40,267 nt of DNA from the NCBI GenBank assembly GCA_963715985.1, contig CAVQSP010000022.1, positions 1 through 40,267 on the forward strand, given 5' to 3'. Shown here in pieces: positions 10,291 to 20,204 of the stretch; position 1 is the stretch's first letter; each line of letters starts with the position of its first letter. A model generated the notes under the pieces. It did not search any database. It was not told the origin of the DNA and saw nothing but the letters and a program-made list of their open reading frames with translations. Position numbers and translations under genes: made by a program. Source of the DNA: an uncultured Thermoleophilia bacterium (GTDB taxonomy: Bacteria > Actinomycetota > Thermoleophilia > UBA2241).

Positions 10291-10807
10291 GTGGACCGGT
10301 CATCCGCCCAGACCCCGTTCATCGGCGTGCTCAGCGACACGCACGGCCACTACGACGTGGAACTCGACACGCCTGTTCGCAGGGGCTCTTCACATCGTGC
10401 ACGCCGGCGACGTCGGCGGAGGCGTGCTGGAACCGCTCAGGCGCCTCGCCCCGGTCACGGCGGTCGCCGGCAACACCGACCTGCCGGACTGGCCGGAGGA
10501 ACTGCCCTGGGAGGTCGAGGCCGAGGTCGCCGGCATGCGCATCCTCGTCTGCCACATCGGCCAGAGCCTCATGGGCCGCCACGACCCCGTGGCCGAGGGC
10601 TACGACCTCGTCGTGAGCGGCCACAGCCACAAGGCCGCCGTCGAGTGGCGCGAGGGGACGCTCTTCCTCAATCCGGGCTCGGCGGGACGGGCGCGGTTCG
10701 GGCAACCCCGCACCTGTGCCCTGGTCCTGCTCCCCGGGGGGCGGCTGGAGCCGCACATCGTGCGCGCTCGGCTAGTACGCCGCCGCGCGACCGGGACACC
10801 TCCCTGA
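10291..10807 (+). CDS. YfcE/MJ0936-type metallophosphoesterase (one frameshift near 10370)
   Basis: SDTHG, HAGDVG, GNTD, SGHSH, NPGSAG. Confidence 0.88.
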
Positions 10808-10822
10808 CGCGCTCCAGCCGTG

Positions 10823-12368
10823 TCAGTAGCCGGCGTTCCTGGCGACGTCGTACGCGGCGAGCGCCCGGGCGCGGGCCTCGCGGTGATCGACGATGGGGAA
10901 GGGGTAGGTCTCGCCGAGCACGATGCCGGCGGCGGCGAGCGCTGGTGACGGCGCCGTCCAGGGGGCGTGCAGGTGGTCCAGGCCGAGCCCGCCAGATCTC
11001 GGGGACCCAGCGGCGCACGTACGCACCGTCCGGGTCGTAGCGGCGGCCCTGCGTCACGGGGTTGAAGACGCGGAAGTACGGGGCGGCGTCGGCGCCCGAC
11101 CCCGCCACCCACTGCCAGCCCAGCGCGTTGTTGGCGAGGTCGGCGTCGACCAGCGTGTCCCAGAACCAGTCCTCGCCGAGACGCCAGGGCAGCAGCAGGT
11201 GCTTGACGAGGAAGGACGCCGTCACGAGGCGGGCGCGGTTGTGCATCCAGCCGGTCGCCCAGAGCTCGCGCATGCCGGCGTCCACGAAGGGGTAGCCGGT
11301 GAGGCCGCGCCGCCAGGCCTCGAGCGCGGCCGGGTCGTCCCGCCAGGGGAAGCGCGCGTAGGTCTCGCGCAGAGGATGCTCGGGCGTGGAGGGGAAGTGG
11401 CGCAGCAGGTGGTGACCGAACTCGCGCCAGCCCAGTTGGCGAAGAAAGGCGCCGGCGGACCGCTTGAGGTCCGGCGCCTCGTCGGCGTCTCTGCCGGCCG
11501 GGGCGACGGCTGCCTCGAGGTCGAGGCCGGCCTCCGCGAGCGCGCCTGCGACCGCCCGCCACACCTGCGCGGCCGTGATCTCGCCCCAGTGCAGGTGCGG
11601 CGAGAGGCGTGAGGTCCCGCGCAGGTCCGGCCGGTCGCGGTCGTCCTCGTACGCGCCGACCACGCCGTCGAGGAAGCGCGCGAGCTGCTCACCGGCCCCC
11701 GCCTCGCCGGGCAGCCAGCGATCGCCGAGACCGGAGCTCCAGGCGGCGAGCGGCTTCGGCCTCGAGGGCGCCGAGAGTCAGCCCGCGCGGCGCCGGCGGC
11801 GCCTCGGGCAGGGGGTACGGCGCTCGAGGCAGGGGAGAGCCCGGTCCCGGCCGCGAGCCCGGCGAGGGACGCACGCCAGTAGGGTGTGAACACCGTGTAC
11901 GGACGGCCGTCCCGGGTCAGCGGCCCGGCCGGGTCCAGCAGCAGGTTGCCGGACGACACCACGAGCGTCTCGACGCCCGCTGCCGCCAACGCGTCCGCGA
12001 CCGCCTCGTCGTCGGCGCGCTCCGTGGGCTCCAGGCCGGCCGCCCACACGACCGCGCGAGCCGCGCTCGCTTGCGCGATCTCGGCCAGCGCGGACGCGGG
12101 AGCGCCGGCCATGACGGCGAGGCGTGAGCCCGCGCGGCGCAGGTCTCCGTCCAGCGCTGCGAGCGACTGCCGGAGCCACCAGCGCGCGGCCGCGCCGGGC
12201 GCCCAGGGGCGCCGCGCGCGGGGCTCCCACACGAAGACCGGCAGCAGGCGGGAGCCGCGCCGGCGAGCCAGGTCGGCGGCCGCGGAAAGGGCCGGGTTGG
12301 CCGCCAGGCGGAGGTCGCGGCGCAACCACACGAGCGTGGCTGTCCCTCTCGGTGCGGCGCTCGGTCAT
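10823..12368 (-). CDS. phrB: Deoxyribodipyrimidine photolyase (frameshifted)
   Basis: WLRRDLRL, TSRLSPHLHWGEI, TGYPFVDAGMRELWATGWMHNRAR, DADLANNALGWQW, PYFRVFNP. Confidence 0.9.
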
Positions 12369-12558
12369 GCTCTCTCCACGGCTGCCGGGCGCCTTGCGCG
12401 CCCCCGGATCATGAGGGAGTATGGCCGCCGGGGGGCGGGCTCAACCGCTTGGCCCCGCGCGCACCTGACGCGCTGCCCCAGGCACCGGCGGGTGCGCCGG
12501 CGCTCGCACTGCCGCCGTGGCGCGCGAACACGCCGCAGGACGCGGCGAGGAGGACGGT

Positions 12559-13454
12559 GTGGACGACGCCATGTCGCCTGAGCACGCCCGCGAGCTCGCG
12601 CGGCTGCGCGCGGCGTGGGGGCGCATGGACGGTCGCAGCGTGCTGGTCACCGGCGCCACGAGCGGCATCGGGCTCGAGACCGCGACGCAGCTGGCGCGGC
12701 TCGGGGCGGACGTGCTCGTGCACGGCCGCGACGCGGGCCGCGGAGCGGCCGCTCTGGCGGCCGTGCAGGCCGCGTCCGCCCCTTCGGCCGCGCCGGCGCT
12801 CTACCTTGCCGACCTCTCCACGCCGGCCGGCGTGCGTGACCTCGCCGCGGCGGTGCGCCGCGACCGGCCCCGGCTCGCGGCGCTGGTGGACAACGCCGGC
12901 GTGTTCTCGCCTGAGCGGCGCGTCGCGGAGGACGGCCTCGAGCTCACGTTCGCCGTCAATGTGGTGGCGCCCATCCTGCTGGCCGTGGAGCTGCTGCCTG
13001 CCCTGCGTGCGGCGGCGCCCTCGCGCATCGTCGTGGTGAGCTCCGCCTCGCACTGGACCGGTGAGCTGCACTGGGACGACCTCCAGCTCGCGGCGCCGGG
13101 CGCCTGGGACGCCGTCGCCGCCTACGACCAGTCCAAGCTCGCGGTCACCATGCTCACCCTCGAGCTGGCACACCGACTGCGAGGCTCCGGGGTCACCGCC
13201 GTCTGCCTCGACCCCGGCGACGTGGCCACCAGGATGCTGGCGCTCGGGTGGCCCCAGCTGCCCGGCATCCCGGTGGAGAGCGGGGCCGTCACCAGCGTGT
13301 ACCTGGCCGCGTCGCCGCGCAGGCCGGCGGGCTCTCCGGCGTGTATGTGGAGGACGGCCGTCCCGTCGAGCCACCGGCCGCCGCGCTCGACCCGCAGGCG
13401 CGGGCGCGGCTGTGGCACGAGGTCGCGCGGGTCTGCGGACCGCTGCACGTGTAG
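12559..13454 (+). CDS. SDR-family (retinol-dehydrogenase-like) oxidoreductase; indel near the 3' end
   Basis: TGATSGIG, DNAG, VVVSSASH, YDQSK, ARLW at the C-terminus. Confidence 0.88.
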
Positions 13455-13502
13455 CGCCGGGTATATGCGCTGTGAACCAGCACGTACCACGGAGGCGCGC
13501 CG

Positions 13503-13760
13503 ATGAGCCCGAACCCCCCGGTCACGATCTACTCGCTCACCACCTGTGGCTGGAGCAAGAAGGCCAAGGCGTTCTTCAAGCAGCGCAGAGTGGAGGCCTA
13601 CGTCATCGAGTACGATATGGCAGGCCCCGAGCTGCAGAAGAAGATCTCTGCGGAGATGCGCCGCTACGGTGCGGACGGGTTCCCCTTCGTGAAGATCGGG
13701 CGGCACGTGGTCAAGGGATACGACCCGGCGAGCTTCGAGCGCCTGCTCAAGTCCGCCTGA
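13503..13760 (+). CDS. Glutaredoxin/NrdH-like protein, CGWS active site
   Basis: TIYSLTTCGWSKKAK...FPFVKIG..VKGYD. Confidence 0.85.
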   Translation: MSPNPPVTIYSLTTCGWSKKAKAFFKQRRVEAYVIEYDMAGPELQKKISAEMRRYGADGFPFVKIGRHVVKGYDPASFERLLKSA

Positions 13761-13778
13761 ATCGCGACGGAGGGCGTC

Positions 13779-14054
13779 ATGAGCCAGCAGAGCAAGACCG
13801 TGGAACTGTATACCCTGAGCACGTGCCCGTGGTCACGCTCGGCGAAGGCCTTCCTCGATGCCCACCGGGTGAAGTACAGCTACATCGACTATGACCTCGC
13901 GGACCACGGCGACCAGTCCCGCATCCAGCGGGAGATGCTGGCCCAGGGCGCGGCGGCGTTCCCGTACACGAGGATCGGCGAGGACTTCATCGTGGGGTAC
14001 AACCCCGACGCCTTCACGCGGTTGCTCGAGCTCGAGCCGCGCGAGGAGGGGTGA
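13779..14054 (+). CDS. Glutaredoxin/NrdH-like protein, CPWS active site
   Basis: ELYTLSTCPWSRSAK...FPYTRIG..IVGYN; RBS GGAGGG. Confidence 0.85.
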   Translation: MSQQSKTVELYTLSTCPWSRSAKAFLDAHRVKYSYIDYDLADHGDQSRIQREMLAQGAAAFPYTRIGEDFIVGYNPDAFTRLLELEPREEG

Positions 14055-14095
14055 GCGCGCGGGGGTGAGGGCGCGGGGAGGAGCCGGGGGAGAGC

Positions 14096-14172
<77 letters not shown>

Positions 14173-14236
14173 ACGCGGAGAGGGATTCTATAGGATGGCG
14201 GGCGGGCACGCTACCGCCCGCCGCCCAGGTCGCCTC

Positions 14237-15331
14237 CTAAGCGGGTCCGCGCCCGCCGGCACCGGTCCCCACCGTGCGTCCCAGCTGTGCGAGCAGCGCC
14301 TTCAGGCTCGCGTTGATGGCCTCGGCGGTCTCGTGCACGGCCGCCTTCTCCGGGTAGATCTCGTACTTCTGGCGCTCCTCCAGCGGCGTGAGGTTGGGCA
14401 TCACCACGTTGCCGCCGCGCTGCAGGCCGTGCGCGCGGCCGCCCGACTTGTTGACGAGCGAGAGGGCGGTGGTCGCCGGCAGGTTGGAGTCCGGGCGCGC
14501 GAGGCGCGTGAGCGCGAGGACCTTGCAGGTCATGAGCTCGCTGTTGGGCGCCTGGTCCGGCGGCCAGTCGCCTGCGGCCCGCCGCCGCTCGAACTCCTGC
14601 CCCAGGGGGGTGGCGGGGTGAGGCAGGTACGGGCCGATGCCGATCATGTCCATGTCGAAGCCGCGGAACAGCTCGATGTCGTCGGCGATGCTGGCGTACG
14701 TCTGCCCGGGGATGCCGACCATGATGCCGGTGCCGGCCTCGTAGCCCAGCTCGTGCAGGCGGCGCAGGATGGCGAGCCGGTCGCTCACGCGGCCGGGCAG
14801 GTCCGGGTGGATGCGGCGGTAGAGGTCCGCGTCCGACGTCTCGAAGCGCAGCAGGTAGCGGTCGGCGCCGGCCTCACGCCACGCCGCGAGGTCCTCGTCC
14901 GGGCGCTCGCCGAGGCTCAGCGTGATGGCCGCGACGGAGGTCTCGGCGCGGATGCGGCGCAGCACGCCGGCCATCCACTCCGTCTCGATGCCGTAGTCCT
15001 CGCCGGCCTGCATGACCAGGGTGCCGTACCCGAACTCCACGGCCTTGTGGGCGCAGGCGAGGACCACGTCCTCCGACACCCGGTAGCGCTCGATGCCGCG
15101 GTTGGCGGCGCGGATGCCGCAGTAGGTGCAGCCGCGCACGCAGTAGTTGCTGAGCTCGATGAGGCCGCGGAGGTGCACGGCGTCGCCGACGTAGCGGCGC
15201 CGCGTCTCGTCCGCCGCGGCCCACAGCGTCTCCAGCCGCGCCTCGTCCTCCTCGCGCAGCCAGTGCTCGAGGGCTTCGCGCGTGAGCGCGGCGGAGACGC
15301 CGAGCGGCGGGGGAAGGGGGCGGGAGCTCAC
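14237..15331 (-). CDS. hydE: [FeFe]-hydrogenase H-cluster radical SAM maturase HydE
   Basis: RGLIELSNYCVRGCTYC, YLLRFET, PATTAL, GNVVMPNLTP, YEIYPEK. Confidence 0.93.
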   Translation of the reverse strand: MSSRPLPPPLGVSAALTREALEHWLREEDEARLETLWAAADETRRRYVGDAVHLRGLIELSNYCVRGCTYCGIRAANRGIERYRVSEDVVLACAHKAVEFGYGTLVMQAGEDYGIETEWMAGVLRRIRAETSVAAITLSLGERPDEDLAAWREAGADRYLLRFETSDADLYRRIHPDLPGRVSDRLAILRRLHELGYEAGTGIMVGIPGQTYASIADDIELFRGFDMDMIGIGPYLPHPATPLGQEFERRRAAGDWPPDQAPNSELMTCKVLALTRLARPDSNLPATTALSLVNKSGGRAHGLQRGGNVVMPNLTPLEERQKYEIYPEKAAVHETAEAINASLKALLAQLGRTVGTGAGGRGPA

Positions 15332-16666
15332 GGCGGGGAAGGGCGACGCGCCGCGGTCAGCAGAGGTCGTCGACGGCGGCGTCCGCCGGCAGGCCCGCCG
15401 TCACCGGCTCCGCCGGCACGTGGCCGGCCCGCCGCGCCCGCGCCGCCCGTCACGGCCTCGAGCGCGGCGGGGAAGGGCTGCAGCGCGCGCTCGAAGATCC
15501 CCAGGCTGAAGGCGATCACGAGGCCGTAGTTGGTGATCGGCACGCCCTGCTGCTTGCAGCGCAGGATGCGGCCCAGCATGGCGCGGCGGTTGAACGTGCA
15601 GGCGCCACAGTGGATGACGAGGTCCCAGCGCGAGAGGTCCTCGGGGAAGTCGTGGCCCTGCATGTGCTCGATGTTCAGCTTGCCGCCCACGTACTGCGTG
15701 AGCCAGCGGGGGATCTTGACGCGGCCGATGTCCTCGGCGATGGGGTGGTGGCTGCAGGCTTCGGCGATGAGGATGTTGGCGCCGCTCTTGAGGTCGTCCA
15801 CTGCCAGCGTGCCCTCGACCTGGCTCACGAGGTCGCCCTTGAAGCGGCTGAAGAGGATGCTGAAGCTGGTCATCGGCACCTCGGGTGGCGTGTCCGCCGC
15901 CACCTTGAGGAAGGCCTGCGAGTCGGTGACCACCAGCCGCGGCGGGCGGTTGAGGCGCTCGATGGCGTTGCGGAGCTCGCGCTCCTTCACCACGAGCGCC
16001 ATGGCGTCGCTGTCCATGAGGTCGCGGATGCTCTGCACCTGCGGCAGGATCAGGCGGCCGCGCGGGGCCTCCTTGTCGATGGGCACCACCAGCACGGCGA
16101 GCTCCCCGCGTGTTGACGAGGTCGCCGAGGATGGTGGGGTTGTCGATGAAGTCCGGCGGCGCGGCGTCGAGCAGCGCCTGGCGGAAGTCCAGCACGCCGC
16201 GCCCCTCGCTGGCCGCGGTCATCACCGGCGTGAGCTTGAGCTCCTGCAGGCGCGGCACCGGCGCGGGGCGGCTCACCAGGTCGCTCTTGTTGAACACCAC
16301 GACGACGGGCGTCTTGCGCTCCTGGAACTCGTCCAGGATGCCGTCCTCGTACTCGCCCCAGCTGCCGGCCTCCGTGACCAGCACGCCGAGGTCGGTGCGG
16401 TCGAACACCTGGGTGGTCTTCTTCGCGCGCAACTCGCCGAGCACGCCGACGTCGTCGATGCCGGCCGTGTCGATGAAGAGGATCGGGCCGAGGGGCAGCA
16501 GCTCCATCGGCTTCTCCACCGGGTCGGTGGTCGTGCCGGCGAAGTCGCTGACGATGCTGACCTCCTGGCGCGTGATGGCGTTGAGCAGGCTGCTCTTGCC
16601 CACGTTGCGGCGGCCGAAGATGCCGATGTGAAGCCGCATGCCTTTCGGGGCATCCATGAGACCCAT
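15328..16666 (-). CDS. hydF: [FeFe]-hydrogenase maturation GTPase HydF (frameshift near 16110)
   Basis: GRRNVGKSS, GTTTD, DTAG, NKSD, APRGRLILPQVQ, EACSHH, IHCGAC, TNYG. Confidence 0.93.
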
Positions 16667-17007
16667 CACTGCACCTCCAGGAGGCGAGGCTTCCTCGTGC
16701 CCGGGCGCGCCCGAGGCGCGCCATGCGCAGATCGAAGCCTCATGCCTTTCGGTGCGTCCATCAGGCCCATGGATGGCCTCCTGCGGCGTGCGACGGCTTC
16801 CGTCGCGCCCGGCGCGCGCCCGAGGCGCGCCCATGCGCGGATCGAAGGCCTCATGCCCTTTCGGTGGCGTCCATGAGACCCATGCACTCGGCACCTCCAG
16901 CGGGGCGAGGCTTCCTCGTGACGCCCCGGCGCGCCCGAGGCGCGCCATGCGCAGATCGAAGCCTCATGCCTTTCGGTGCGTCCATCAGGCCCATGCGGAG
17001 TCCTCCA
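16630..17007 (-). repeat. Tandem array of four hydF start regions (RBS + first 12 codons) separated by palindromic linkers
   Basis: 37-40-nt cores at 16630-16666, 16734-16770, 16844-16883 and 16958-16994; period 104-114 bp. Confidence 0.9.
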
Positions 17008-17016
17008 GTGCGGGCA

Positions 17017-18447
17017 TCAGTCCTCCACACCGCGGCCGCGGGTCTGCGGCGTGCCCAGGCGGCACACGGCCTCCGCGGTGAGCAGCTCGTCGTACTGCTC
17101 GGCGCTCAGGATGCCGTCGGCGACGACGACCTCGCGGATGGTCGCCCCGCGCTCCTTGGCCGCCCGCACCACGTCGCAGGCGGCGTCGTAGCCGATCTCG
17201 GGCACGAGGGCGGTGGCGGCGGCGCTGGACGTGCGCACGTGCGCCGCGCAGCGCTCCTCGTCGGCCTCGAGGCCCTCCACGCAGAAGCGCCGCAGGATCT
17301 CGCAGCTGCGGGCCAGCAGCGAGAGGCTCTGCAGCAGGCAGTCGGCGATGAGCGGCAGGAAGGCGTTGAGCTCGAGGCTGCCGAGGCCGGAGGCCGTGGC
17401 GATGGTGGCGTCGTAGCCGGCCACCATGAGCGCCGCCTGGCTCACCGCTTCGGGGATCACCGGGTTGACCTTGCCGGGCATGATGCTGGAGCCGGCCTGC
17501 CGCTGCGGCAGGCGGATCTCGCCGAGCCCGGCCTCCGGGCCGGAACTGAGCAGGCGCAGGTCGCCGCTGATCTTGAGCAGCGACATGGCGTGCGCCTTGA
17601 GGATGCCCGACACCTCCACGAACACGTCGGTGTTCTGCGTGGCCTCGGTGAGGTTCTCGGCACGCGCGAAGCCGATGCTCGTGAGCTCGCGGAGCGCGTC
17701 CACCACGCGGAAGATGTACTGGCGCGGCGCGGCGAAGCCGGTGCCGATGGCCGTGCCGCCCAGGTTCACCACGCGCAGGCGCTCCTCGCACTTGTAGATG
17801 CGCCAGCGGTCCCGGTTCAGGGCCTCGGCGTAGGCGCCCATCTCACGGCCCAGCGTGGTGAGCACGGCGTCCTGGTACTGCGTGCGGCCCACCTTGACGA
17901 CGTGGGCGAACTCCTGCTCCTTGGCCTGGAACGCCTCCTGCAGCGAGACGACCTGCTCCTCGAGCTTGTGGAGCAGCTCGATGGCGGCGAGGCGCAGCGC
18001 GGTGGGGTAGGTGTCGTTGGTGCTCTGGTGCAGGTTGAGGTCGTCCAGCGGCGAGACGCGTCCGTAGGAGCCGGGCGTCTCGCCGAGGATCTGCAGGGCG
18101 CGGTTGGCCAGCACCTCGTTGACGTTCATGTTGGTGCTGGTGCCCGCCCCGCCCTGCAGGCGGTCGACGACGATCTCGGCCGCGAGCCGGCCGTCGGCGA
18201 GCTCGCGGCAGGCGCGCTCGATGGCGTCCGCCTTGGCCTCGTCGCCGTCCCACACGCCGAGCGCCCGGTTGGTGAGCGCGCAGGCGAGCTTGACCGCGCC
18301 GAAGGCGCGCGCCAGCTCGCCGTGCACCGGCTCGCCGGCGAGCGGGAAGTTCTCGAGGGCGCGCTCGGTGTGGGCGCCGTGCAGGCACTGCGCCGGCACG
18401 GCCACCTCGCCGAGCAGGTCGTGCTCGATGCGCGTCTGGTCAGTCAC
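17017..18447 (-). CDS. aspA: Aspartate ammonia-lyase
   Basis: QGGAGTSTNMNVNEV, QSTNDTYPT, GRTQYQDA, GSSIMPGKVNP. Confidence 0.92.
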   Translation of the reverse strand: MTDQTRIEHDLLGEVAVPAQCLHGAHTERALENFPLAGEPVHGELARAFGAVKLACALTNRALGVWDGDEAKADAIERACRELADGRLAAEIVVDRLQGGAGTSTNMNVNEVLANRALQILGETPGSYGRVSPLDDLNLHQSTNDTYPTALRLAAIELLHKLEEQVVSLQEAFQAKEQEFAHVVKVGRTQYQDAVLTTLGREMGAYAEALNRDRWRIYKCEERLRVVNLGGTAIGTGFAAPRQYIFRVVDALRELTSIGFARAENLTEATQNTDVFVEVSGILKAHAMSLLKISGDLRLLSSGPEAGLGEIRLPQRQAGSSIMPGKVNPVIPEAVSQAALMVAGYDATIATASGLGSLELNAFLPLIADCLLQSLSLLARSCEILRRFCVEGLEADEERCAAHVRTSSAAATALVPEIGYDAACDVVRAAKERGATIREVVVADGILSAEQYDELLTAEAVCRLGTPQTRGRGVED

Positions 18448-18472
18448 TGGCTGCGTGGCTCCGGCGTCCGGC

Positions 18473-18733
18473 TCAGCTCCCGAACACCATCTGCTTGATC
18501 TCCACGCCCTCGACGGCGCTCAGCTTGCCGGCCATGCCGTCCGCCTCCGCCGTGGTGCCGAAGAACTCGATGAGCACGACGCCGCTGGGCGAACAGACGG
18601 TGTCGTCGGTGTCGTGCAGGCCGATGCGCGTCTTGATGTTGCAGCCGTACTCGGTGAAGACCTTCTGCACATCCACCGCGTTCTTGAGCCTGTCGCTGAC
18701 GTGGATGCCGAGGATGATGTGCTGGTCGCTCAC
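18473..18733 (-). CDS. Small iron-only hydrogenase system regulator-like protein (TM1266-like, ACT-type fold)
   Basis: ILGIHVSDR..VQKVFTEYGCNIKTRIGLH..CSPSGVVLIE; located between hydG and aspA. Confidence 0.8.
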   Translation of the reverse strand: MSDQHIILGIHVSDRLKNAVDVQKVFTEYGCNIKTRIGLHDTDDTVCSPSGVVLIEFFGTTAEADGMAGKLSAVEGVEIKQMVFGS

Positions 18734-18788
18734 GGATGATCCCTTCTGATGACGATGGACGAGAAAGCTCCTCGGGGCCGGCGTGCGC

Positions 18789-20204
18789 TCAGCAGAGCAC
18801 GTCGCGCCCGCCGGCGCGGACCTTGGCGAGCATCTTCTCGGTGTGCTCGCGGCGCACCGGGTCCATCTCGGCGACCTTCTCGGTGATGAGCTTCTCGCCG
18901 ATCTCGCGCGTGCCCTCGCTGCCGTAGTCCTCGAGGTACTCGAGGAACGTGCTGAGCGCGTTGGGGTCGCAGTGATGCTTGATGTCGCCCGGCTTGGCGA
19001 GGTCCATGAAGTCCATGCCGGTGCGGCCGAGGCGGTAGCAGGCGGTGCAGAAGGAAGGCACGTAGCCGAGCTCGGCCACGTCGCGGATGACATCGTCCAG
19101 GCTGCGGTGGTCGCCGAGCTGGAACTGCGCGGAGTCGAACTTCTCGTCCTCCTCGTAGCCGCCGGGGTTGGTGCGGCTGCCGCCGCTGATCTGGCTCACG
19201 CCGAGGGCGAAGGTCTCGCGGCGCAGGTTGGCGGTCTCGCGCGTGCTCATGATCATGCCGGTGTAGGGCACCGCGAGGCGCAGGATGGCGACGAGCTTGC
19301 GGAAGTCGATGTCGCTCACGGGCATCGGGGGCTCCTCGGCCATGCTGCTGCCCGAGGCCGGCTCGAGGCGCGGCATGCTGATGGTGTGCGGGCCGACACC
19401 GTAGGCGCGCTCGAGCTCGCGCACGTGCTGCATGAGCGCGAGGATCTCGAAGCGCCAGTCGAAGAGGCCGAAGAGCACGCCGATGCCGACGTCGTCGATG
19501 CCTGCCTCCATCGCGCGGTGCATGCCGGTCACGCGCCAGTCGTAGTCCTTCTTCTTGCCGCCCACGTGCACGCGCTGGTACGTGTCGCGGTGGTAGGTCT
19601 CCTGGAAGAGCTGGTAGGTGCCGATGCCGGTGGCCTTGAGGGCGCGGAAGTCGTCCACGGTGAGAGGCGCCACATTGACGTTGACGCGGCGGATCTCGCC
19701 GTTGCCGCGCTTGACGTCGTAGATGGTGCCGATGGAGTCCAGCACGTAGCCGAACCCCCCGTGCTTGGGGTAGGACTCGCCGGCCACCAGCAGGATGCGC
19801 TTGTGGCCCTGGTCCACGAGGATCTCGACCTCGTGACGGATCTCCGCCTGGGTGAGGGCGCGTCGCTTGAGCTCCTTGTTCTTCACGCGGAAGGCGCAGT
19901 AGAGGCAGTCGTTGCTGCACAGGTTGCTGATGTAGAGCGGGGCGAAGAGCACGAGGCGCGCGCCGTAGATCATGTCCTTGGCGTAGCGCGCCGTCTCGAA
20001 GAGCTCGCCGAGCAGCTCGGGGTCGCTCACGGAGCTGAGGACGGCGACCTCGTCCATGTCCAGGCCGCCGAGCTCGCGCGCCTTGGCGAGGATCTCGCGC
20101 ACGCGCGCGGCGTCCTTGGTGGACGCTGCCTTGAGCGCCTCAGTGATGGCAGCCTCGTCGATGAAGCTGCCGGTCTCTACCACTCCCGCGGTCATGTGAC
20201 TCAC
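18789..20204 (-). CDS. hydG: [FeFe]-hydrogenase radical SAM maturase HydG
   Basis: FAPLYISNLCSNDCLYC, FQETYH, GPHTIS, auxiliary cluster CTAC-X22-C. Confidence 0.95.
   Translation of the reverse strand: MSHMTAGVVETGSFIDEAAITEALKAASTKDAARVREILAKARELGGLDMDEVAVLSSVSDPELLGELFETARYAKDMIYGARLVLFAPLYISNLCSNDCLYCAFRVKNKELKRRALTQAEIRHEVEILVDQGHKRILLVAGESYPKHGGFGYVLDSIGTIYDVKRGNGEIRRVNVNVAPLTVDDFRALKATGIGTYQLFQETYHRDTYQRVHVGGKKKDYDWRVTGMHRAMEAGIDDVGIGVLFGLFDWRFEILALMQHVRELERAYGVGPHTISMPRLEPASGSSMAEEPPMPVSDIDFRKLVAILRLAVPYTGMIMSTRETANLRRETFALGVSQISGGSRTNPGGYEEDEKFDSAQFQLGDHRSLDDVIRDVAELGYVPSFCTACYRLGRTGMDFMDLAKPGDIKHHCDPNALSTFLEYLEDYGSEGTREIGEKLITEKVAEMDPVRREHTEKMLAKVRAGGRDVLC

Noticed and set aside
15305-15479. 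Three copies of CGGCGGGG(G)AAGGG at the hydF/hydE junction
   Set aside because: Short GC-rich matches with irregular spacing; too weak to call, though reminiscent of the hydF start duplications.
16095-16125. Programmed frameshift in hydF (also considered for rex and the transposase)
   Set aside because: No slippery heptamer is evident, and similar indels occur in many unrelated genes.
16630-16994. CRISPR array (37-nt repeats)
   Set aside because: The intervening sequences are ~67-74 nt and similar to each other, the repeat is the hydF coding start, and there are no cas genes in the window.
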